Both the position numbers and the translations under genes were made by a program. The notes under the pieces are model-generated. The model was given only the letters and a program-made list of their open reading frames with translations. It was not told where the DNA came from and did no database searches. A DNA stretch of 64,000 nt. Origin: Fidelibacterota bacterium (GTDB taxonomy: Bacteria > Fidelibacterota > Marinisomatia > Marinisomatales > Marinisomataceae). Positions 57,410-64,000 of the stretch are shown here, piece after piece; position 1 is the first letter of the stretch; each line of letters begins with the position of its first letter. The stretch lies in assembly GCA_965212055.1 (NCBI GenBank), contig OZ243041.1:161880-225879 (forward strand), read 5' to 3'.

Positions 57410-59749
57410 ATGGAAAATATACAAAAACAATATCCGATAATGCCATTGAGGAATACAGTGTTATTCCCTCAACAAGTTATTCCTATATATGTTGGTAGAG
57501 AGAAATCATTAAAACTGATTGAAGATTTAGAGCCAGATAATAAATATCTTGTTGTTGTTGCACAGCAAGATGGTTCTATAGAAGATCCAAAACAAGAAGA
57601 TTTATATTCTTATGGAACTCTAGCACTTGTTTTAAAAGTTTTTGATATGCCGGACAATAGTAAATCTGCCATTGTTCAAGGTGTAGATAGAGTAAAGATT
57701 TTAAAGTATCAAGAAAGTGATTCTTATTTTCTTGCTGATGTTGAAAGGATTCCTGAATCAATTACTTCCCCTGATGTTGAAATTGAAGCATTAGCTAAAA
57801 GTTTAAAAAGTTCATTTACAGAATTAATTAAGATTTCACCAAATTTAAATGAAGAGCATGCGGGTATGTTATCTAATATTGATCGTCCTTCTCGTTTGGC
57901 AGATCGTGCGACTTCTCTTTTATCCGTTTCTAATTCAGAAAAACAAGAAGTTTTGGAAGAATTAGATATAAGAAAACGTGTTGAGAATGCCATTAATCTT
58001 CTTCAAAGAGAAATTCAACGTATTAAGCTTGGTGAAGAAATTCAAACAGAAGTGCAGGATGAGATTTCAAAGACTCAAAGGGAATATTACCTAAGAGAGC
58101 AAATGAAAACTATCCAGAAAGAGCTTGGCGAAGATAATCAAACAGTTGAGCTTGATGAATTGAAGGCAAAAATAGCTGATGCAAAGATGACTGCGGAAGC
58201 TGAAAAAGTTGCTAATAAAGAATTAGATCGTTTATCACGTATTTCTCCGCAATCTCCAGAATATTCTGTGGCGAGAACTTATTTAGAATGGTTAACAGAT
58301 CTTCCATGGAGTAAATCCAGTAAAGACAATTTAAATATAGAAGCAGCACACAAGACTTTAGATGAAGATCATTATGGATTAACAAAAGTTAAAGAACGTG
58401 TATTAGAATATTTAGCAGTGAGAGCTCTCAAGAAAAAAGTTGCAAAAAATGATTCAGTTAAAGGACCAATTTTATGTTTTACAGGTCCTCCTGGAGTAGG
58501 TAAAACTTCATTGGGTCGATCTATTGCGAAATCTATGGGCAGAGAATTTGTTCGTATATCGTTAGGCGGTGTTCGAGATGAAGCAGAAATTAGAGGACAT
58601 AGACGAACTTATATTGGTGCACTTCCTGGAAGAATTATCCAGTCACTAAAGAAAGCTAAAACCAATAATCCAGTTTTCATGTTGGATGAAATTGATAAAC
58701 TTGGTTCAGATTTTAGAGGAGATCCATCTTCTGCAATGCTTGAAGTATTAGATCCAGAACAAAATCATGCCTTTAGCGATCATTATCTAGAAGTAGACTT
58801 TGATTTAAGTAAGGTAATGTTTATTTCCACAGCAAATTATGCAGATAACATTCCCCCTGCACTATATGATAGAATGGAAATGTTAGATTTCAGAGGATAT
58901 ATTGATGATGAAAAGGTAAAAATTGCTCAGAAACATCTTATTCCAAAACAAATTGTAGAGAATGGATTAACTACAAAACAAGCTAAGTTTACTGAGAGCG
59001 GTATCAAGGAAGTTGTGCGATCTTATACAAGAGAATCTGGTGTAAGAAGTTTAGAACGAGAAATTGCAAATGTATTACGAAAAGTTGCAGTTGATATTGT
59101 AAACAAAAAGCTAAAAACCATTAGTCTTACAAATAAAAAAGTTAATCATTATTTAGGCATTCCTAAATTTTATACAGACTTGGCAGAACGTACCACTAAA
59201 CCTGGTGTAGTAACAGGAATGGCATGGACTGCTGCTGGTGGAGATATTCTTTTTATTGAAGCTAGTAAAATGTCAGGAAAAGGAAATCTAACTTTAACAG
59301 GTCAGTTAGGGGATGTGATGAAAGAATCAGCCACTGCTGCACTTACTTACGTTAGATCTCATACTGATATTTTAGGGTTAAAAGATGATTTTAACCAAAA
59401 AATGGACATCCATGTTCATGTTCCAGCAGGAGCCATTCCAAAAGATGGTCCATCTGCTGGAGTAGGCATGTTTACTGCCTTAGTATCCTTGTTGAAAAAC
59501 AAACCAGTTGCAAGTGGTGTAGCTATGACTGGTGAAATTACACTACGAGGAAATGTTTTACCAATTGGAGGCGTAAAAGAAAAAGTAACTTCCGCTCATC
59601 GTTCTGGTGTTAGAACCATTATCTTACCACATCGTAATCAAAGAGATCTTGAAGAAATTCCAGATCACATTAAAAAAGATTTAACATTCCACTTTGCCAA
59701 AGAAGTAATGGATGTCATTGATGTCGCCATTCCTGACTTGAAGAAGTAA
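57410..59749 (+). CDS. lon: ATP-dependent Lon protease (LonA)
   Basis: N-terminal LON domain, Walker A GPPGVGKTS, catalytic PKDGPSAG. Confidence 0.95.
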   Translation: MENIQKQYPIMPLRNTVLFPQQVIPIYVGREKSLKLIEDLEPDNKYLVVVAQQDGSIEDPKQEDLYSYGTLALVLKVFDMPDNSKSAIVQGVDRVKILKYQESDSYFLADVERIPESITSPDVEIEALAKSLKSSFTELIKISPNLNEEHAGMLSNIDRPSRLADRATSLLSVSNSEKQEVLEELDIRKRVENAINLLQREIQRIKLGEEIQTEVQDEISKTQREYYLREQMKTIQKELGEDNQTVELDELKAKIADAKMTAEAEKVANKELDRLSRISPQSPEYSVARTYLEWLTDLPWSKSSKDNLNIEAAHKTLDEDHYGLTKVKERVLEYLAVRALKKKVAKNDSVKGPILCFTGPPGVGKTSLGRSIAKSMGREFVRISLGGVRDEAEIRGHRRTYIGALPGRIIQSLKKAKTNNPVFMLDEIDKLGSDFRGDPSSAMLEVLDPEQNHAFSDHYLEVDFDLSKVMFISTANYADNIPPALYDRMEMLDFRGYIDDEKVKIAQKHLIPKQIVENGLTTKQAKFTESGIKEVVRSYTRESGVRSLEREIANVLRKVAVDIVNKKLKTISLTNKKVNHYLGIPKFYTDLAERTTKPGVVTGMAWTAAGGDILFIEASKMSGKGNLTLTGQLGDVMKESATAALTYVRSHTDILGLKDDFNQKMDIHVHVPAGAIPKDGPSAGVGMFTALVSLLKNKPVASGVAMTGEITLRGNVLPIGGVKEKVTSAHRSGVRTIILPHRNQRDLEEIPDHIKKDLTFHFAKEVMDVIDVAIPDLKK

Positions 59750-59793
59750 GTTGTTGAATTATTAACCCTATCCATTTAAGTTAACGAACTTTC

Positions 59794-59867
59794 GGGCGAT
59801 TAACTCAGCTGGTCAGAGTGCCTGCTTTACACGCAGGAGGTCGGGAGTTCAAATCTCTCATCGCCCC
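59794..59867 (+). tRNA. tRNA-Val (anticodon TAC)
   Basis: Acceptor gggcgat/atcgccc, D-arm actc/gagt, anticodon loop ttTACac, T-loop ttcaaat. The exact 3' end is uncertain by 1 nt. Confidence 0.85.
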
Positions 59868-59868
59868 A

Positions 59869-61600
59869 GGCTCGCTCATTTTATTATTTTTTTCTTTTCT
59901 CACTCATCTTCACGCTCAAAATGATAACCCTACTGCTAATTTTGACGATTATTACTATTTTAGTTTAGACATATGTTAAGTCAAGACATTATTGATGAAA
60001 TACAATCAAAGAAAAAGGTTTTAACAATTTTGTAGTAAATAAATTAAATGAAAAAATAGAACAAAAAGTATCTATTGGATCTTATTTTGATGAGGATGCA
60101 TATTTATCTCAATTACTTTCTTGAACAATCCATCTGCAAGTGAAGCTAATGCACTAAAGGGTCTCTATTATCGTTCTGGAGGATATGTCACTAAGCTTTC
60201 AAATCGTACAATGATCTTAGAGAATAAAGTGTTAAAAACATGGAATGTTTCAAATAAGGACTTAATTGATTTTTATGGAGGTTTTTCAGCAATAGCAGCA
60301 ATGAATAAAACAATTGAAGAATTAGATTTATCCTTAATTTTACAAGCAAATAGTATGGAAATCGTGTCTTATCCAAATGTGCAAGTTAATGCAACATACA
60401 TTGGTACAAATGATGCTTTAAAATATCATAATATTAAAGATAAAGATGTTACTTTTGATATTCTTTTAATGATTTAGATGACCTTGAAGGACATATATTA
60501 TTTTCTTAATGTTTCTGGAAATATTCCACTTGATTATACCACAAAATTAGAAAAGGAATCTGAGCTATTAGAGGATTTAGATCCTACCATTGCACATTTT
60601 TTAACGGAAGGGGTACTGGTTTTAATTCCACCTTTACCTTTAAAGAAACTGATGAGGTTTATGAAAAAAGCAAAAAATGATTTCAATGTTCTTGAATTAA
60701 TTTTGGATACTTATATTACTGATGAATTTTATTATCAATCAGAGCTATATGCTAAAACAGGTATTTCTACATTTGAAGATAACAGCCTTCCACATTATTT
60801 GATAATTAAATTTAGAAGAAAACTATTATAATAATATATTAAAAAATACAGAAGGTTCACTGATTGTGGCATTTGAGCCTTGGGAAATTGTTACATTTGA
60901 AGATCCTCAGAAAATGAGTTATTATTAGCGCATATGATAATGATTTTTTGTTAAGATATCCAGAAAGACTAAGTTTTGGAGAAAGAGTTAGATATAAAGT
61001 CGATTCTCACAAACCATAAAGTTGAAGGTATTCTCTTCAACTTATCAAAGAGTCCAGTGATAGGAAAAAAACTATCCTAACCAAAGAGTTCAGTAGATTT
61101 TGAAATATTTCGTTATAACAAGATCTGTATTGGCAGATGATGTATATTATCCTACTTTGAAAAATATTTCCATAGATGGAAAAAAAGTTAAAAGTTTACA
61201 ACATACTAATGAAACAACATATTCAGTTTCGATATTATTTAGAAAATAGTTATAACGGTGCATTTTCTAGATTAAATGAAAAGATAAGTGTAGATTTATT
61301 GATAATTCTACATTAGTCTTCGATGTTCCAAATAATTCAAAAGAATTAAAAAAATTACCTTACGAAGGAAGGTTAAAACTTTACTTCAAGGTAAATGTGT
61401 ATTATAAATATCCTCAAGTGATTATTATGAAGGTAAAAAAATTGTTCAATATGATGAGTATGGACGTGAAGACTATCCAATCACACTACGTTATAGAACT
61501 CTTTTTAAAACGCTAGTGATTGAAATAGAGCTAGATACAAGCAAAAAAAGAATGAAAAAGTTGATGAAAGAGGATATCAGATTTTTAATTTTTATTTATG
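59869..61600 (+). pseudogene. chain of coding remnants in shifting frames (decayed secreted-protein gene or genes)
   Basis: Hand translation finds successive protein-like stretches, each ended by a stop and continued in another frame. Examples are GSLILLFFSFLTHLHAQNDNPTANF..., NFVVNKLNEKIEQKVSIGSYFDEDAYLSQLLS, the 60121-60831 frame, NILKNTEGSLIVAFEPWEIVTFEDPQKMSYY, DDVYYPTLKNISIDGKKVKSLQH... and EGKKIVQYDEYGREDYPITLRYRTLF... Confidence 0.55.
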
Positions 61601-62026
61601 AAGAAAACATTATTAATTATACTATTATTGACTTTGAGTTATGGTCAATCAAAGATTATAACTATGAATAATGATGTTGTCATTATCAGTCAGGACGAAG
61701 TTGTTGTTGAAGTGTTAGGAATGGTATGTTCATTGTGTGCATATGGTTTAGAGAAAGGGCTATCAGATTTAGATGAGATAAACAAAAAAAAGTATGATAA
61801 TGGCATCTATATTGATATTAATAATCAATATATAAAAATCTCAGTTTTAAAAAATAAGTCAGTTGATATTGATCAGGTTGCATCTGTTATTAGAGATTCT
61901 GGTTTTGAAGCAAACACTATTTTTGAATTACAAGACAACAAAGTTGTTGAATATAAGCTTGATAAATCAAATAAAATGAAACCTATGAATCATGACCATA
62001 ATCATGATAAAGATCATAATCATTAA
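61598..62026 (+). CDS. secreted heavy-metal-associated (HMA) domain protein with a His-rich tail
   Basis: Signal peptide. GMVCSLCAYG (GMxCxxC). C-terminal MNHDHNHDKDHNH. Confidence 0.65.
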   Translation: MKKTLLIILLLTLSYGQSKIITMNNDVVIISQDEVVVEVLGMVCSLCAYGLEKGLSDLDEINKKKYDNGIYIDINNQYIKISVLKNKSVDIDQVASVIRDSGFEANTIFELQDNKVVEYKLDKSNKMKPMNHDHNHDKDHNH

Positions 62027-62038
62027 TCTTTTTGTAAG

Positions 62039-62653
62039 GTGGGAAAAGAAATCATAAGACTATTTTTAATTACTATTTTTCTTTTAAGTCATCTATTTAG
62101 TCATCCTGTTATTTTTAAAGGCGGGAAGGTATTTTGGGTTACTCAAACACTTAACTATAATGATATTCGCTTTGGAACATCCCAAACAAGTAATTGGTTA
62201 ATAGGAGGACGGTTATTAGAGGATAGAAATTTGAATGAATCCTTTGTATTAATTAACAATAATTACCTTTTAAAGAGATGGAATGCTCCCAATGCTCAAG
62301 CAAATATCTATCTATTATCAAGCGTAGGTATTAATACTAAAGATAATAAAGAAATGGGCACCTTTGGTATACATGGAGACTGGGAAAATAGACGTTATAT
62401 GGTGATGCAAATGATGGAATATTTTTCACATAATGAATCTTGGGTATCGAATACCAGATTATCTGTCAGCCCTTATACAGTGGACTATACTAAAATGTCA
62501 GTATGGTTGATTGCAAATTATGAAGTAACCTACCAAGATGATGAATATTCATCAACGTTGATACCAGTTGTTCGTTTGTTTAAGGGAAATTATTTGGTAG
62601 AATTTGGAAAGAGCAAAGATAATTCATTTTTATCATTGATGATTCATTTTTAA
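62039..62653 (+). CDS. hypothetical outer-membrane beta-barrel-like protein; GTG start
   Basis: Signal peptide. Alternating-pattern strands. C-terminal ...LSLMIHF ending in Phe. Confidence 0.4.
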   Translation: MGKEIIRLFLITIFLLSHLFSHPVIFKGGKVFWVTQTLNYNDIRFGTSQTSNWLIGGRLLEDRNLNESFVLINNNYLLKRWNAPNAQANIYLLSSVGINTKDNKEMGTFGIHGDWENRRYMVMQMMEYFSHNESWVSNTRLSVSPYTVDYTKMSVWLIANYEVTYQDDEYSSTLIPVVRLFKGNYLVEFGKSKDNSFLSLMIHF

Positions 62654-62695
62654 TTTGGGAATACACGTTAAATAAACATTAATAAGGAGAATTAT

Positions 62696-63382
62696 TTGAA
62701 TACTAAAGAAAAAAAAGTAAGAAAATTTTTATCAAAAAAAATTCACGAATTAAACGATGTTGTTGCAGACCTAGATACGCTTGTAACGGAAATGGGTTCA
62801 GAATATTTCCGAGTATGTATTTTTGGTTCTGCAAGAATTGAACCTGAATCAAAAGAGTATAAAAAAGTGTATAGACTGGCAAAAGAATTGGCGTCAAATG
62901 GAGCAGATATTGTCACTGGAGGTGGCCCTGGACTTATGGAGGCAGCAAATGCTGGAGCAAAAGAGGGAGGATCCAATTCAAAATCTTATGGAATTAGGAT
63001 ACAATTGCCATTTGAATCAGGATTTAATAATCATATAGATACTAAACTTAATCACAAAAAATTCTCTTCTCGATTAGACGAGTTTATGAGACTTAGTCAT
63101 GCTATTGTAGTGACACCTGGTGGCGTTGGTACTTTGCTTGAATTCTTCTTTGCTTGGCAGTTGATGCAAGTTAATCATATTTCATCAAGACCAATCATTC
63201 TTGTTGGGTCAATGTGGCATGAATTAATTAATTGGATTAAGGAAAATTCCTTAAAAAGAGAGCTTCTTGATAAAGAAGATTTTGATAACATTTTTGTTGT
63301 TGATAATATACAAGAGGTAACCAAGATGTTAAAACCTCATATCGAAGCATTTTATGTAAACAAGCTTAAATCGAAGCCTTAA
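62696..63382 (+). CDS. LOG family (TIGR00730-type) nucleotide phosphoribohydrolase-like protein; TTG start
   Basis: GGGPGLMEAANAGA and PGGVGTLLEFF motifs. An aaggag RBS lies 6 nt upstream of the TTG. Confidence 0.8.
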   Translation: MNTKEKKVRKFLSKKIHELNDVVADLDTLVTEMGSEYFRVCIFGSARIEPESKEYKKVYRLAKELASNGADIVTGGGPGLMEAANAGAKEGGSNSKSYGIRIQLPFESGFNNHIDTKLNHKKFSSRLDEFMRLSHAIVVTPGGVGTLLEFFFAWQLMQVNHISSRPIILVGSMWHELINWIKENSLKRELLDKEDFDNIFVVDNIQEVTKMLKPHIEAFYVNKLKSKP

Positions 63383-63463
63383 ACATTACCAAATTTTTGT
63401 AATTTGTAATTTTATTGATATTGAGTTAAGTTAACTGAAATATAAATTAATCAAGGATGAGAT

Positions 63464-63896
63464 ATGTATTGTAGAGAATGTGGAAAGAAAGTCAATGAAA
63501 ATGCTGTTGCTTGTACCGGCTGTGGAGTAAATCCAAAGCTGTCTAAAAACTTTTGTGGAGCATGTGGTGTCAAAACAAAAGACAATCAAATAGTGTGTCT
63601 AAAATGTGGAGTTTCTTTAGGAGGTTCTTTTAGGAGGTTCTTCTACTGGTGAAAAAAGTAAAATTATAGCATTTCTTTTAGCCTTATTCTTAGGTTCGAT
63701 AGGTGTACATAAATTTTATCTAGGCTACAATACTCAAGGTATAATTATGTTATTATGTGGGACCGTGGGATGGATCTTATTTTTACCCCCACTTGTTATG
63801 GCAGTTATTGCACTTATTGAAGCAATCATGTATATCAGCAAATCTGATGAAGAATTCCAAGAAATCTATGTTGATAATGAAAAACCTTGGTTATAA
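63464..63896 (+). pseudogene. double zinc-ribbon / TM2-domain protein gene split by a 13-nt tandem duplication
   Basis: The 63464-63652 ORF encodes the zinc-ribbon module and then stops. Removing one 13-nt repeat unit restores a frame reading ...SLGGSSTGEKSKIIAFLLALFLGSIGVHKFYLGYNTQGIIMLL... (TM2 domain), ending at the TAA at 63894-63896. Confidence 0.75.
63616..63641. repeat. perfect 13-nt tandem duplication (tttaggaggttct x2)
   Basis: Base-by-base comparison shows 63616-63628 is identical to 63629-63641. Confidence 0.9.
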
Positions 63897-63916
63897 ATAA
63901 TTAAAAGGAGAATAAA

Positions 63917-64000
63917 ATGAATCAAACATCAAGTGGACCTGAAAAATCAAGAATTACTGCTGCACTTTTAGCATTTTTCCTAGGTATTTTTGGAGTTCAC
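63917..64000 (+). CDS. TM2 domain protein, N-terminal fragment (continues beyond the window)
   Basis: aaggag RBS, then MNQTSSGPEKSRITAALLAFFLGIFGVH, which matches the TM2 signature (K....A.LLAfFLG.fGvH). Confidence 0.7.
   Translation, partial: MNQTSSGPEKSRITAALLAFFLGIFGVH

Noticed and set aside
1-64000. CRISPR arrays, rRNA genes, tmRNA, RNase P RNA or SRP RNA
   Set aside because: I saw no regularly spaced direct repeats and no GC-rich structured segments other than the five tRNAs. This was visual inspection only, so small RNAs could have been missed.

Overview
AT-rich, gene-dense bacterial chromosomal segment. Most genes are separated by 0-40 nt or overlap by 4 nt. The content is mainly housekeeping. 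It includes an acyl-CoA dehydrogenase tail, BirA, a split-type methylmalonyl-CoA mutase, and etfBA with a membrane Fe-S oxidoreductase. It also includes a complete sufBCD-E-T-S operon, korAB, fumC, PBP1A, an LptF/G permease, lgt, dcd, yidD, citrate synthase of the 'eukaryotic-like' type, nth, queD-yhhQ-folE, lpd-lipB-lipA and lon. There are five tRNA genes: His-GTG and Pro-TGG on the plus strand, Asn-GTT and Glu-TTC on the minus strand, and Val-TAC on the plus strand. The citrate synthase type, the many Tat-signal Gfo/Idh/MocA and DUF1080 proteins, and the M1-peptidase neighbourhood suggest an FCB-superphylum marine bacterium; this is inference only. I found no CRISPR array, integrase, transposase, recognisable defence system or secondary-metabolite cluster. 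Five things stand out. (1) A compact Tat-Gfo/Idh/MocA, nucleoside-type permease, Gfo/Idh/MocA, DUF1080, Tat-TIM-barrel locus has no assigned substrate, and its permease is frameshifted. (2) A double-zinc-ribbon module occurs twice. One copy is fused to an RDD domain inside the etf operon. The other is fused to a TM2 domain and is broken by a perfect 13-nt tandem duplication. (3) A roughly 1.3 kb region downstream of tRNA-His/Pro contains only a 66-codon possibly truncated lipoprotein ORF and then about 1 kb of non-coding DNA, including an indel-riddled direct copy of the terminator plus small-lipoprotein segment. (4) A roughly 1.7 kb chain of frame-hopping coding remnants starts exactly at the 3' end of tRNA-Val. 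(5) A DhlA-like haloalkane dehalogenase has an enlarged cap region. Gene calls rest on motif recognition in the supplied ORF translations and on hand translation. No database search was possible.
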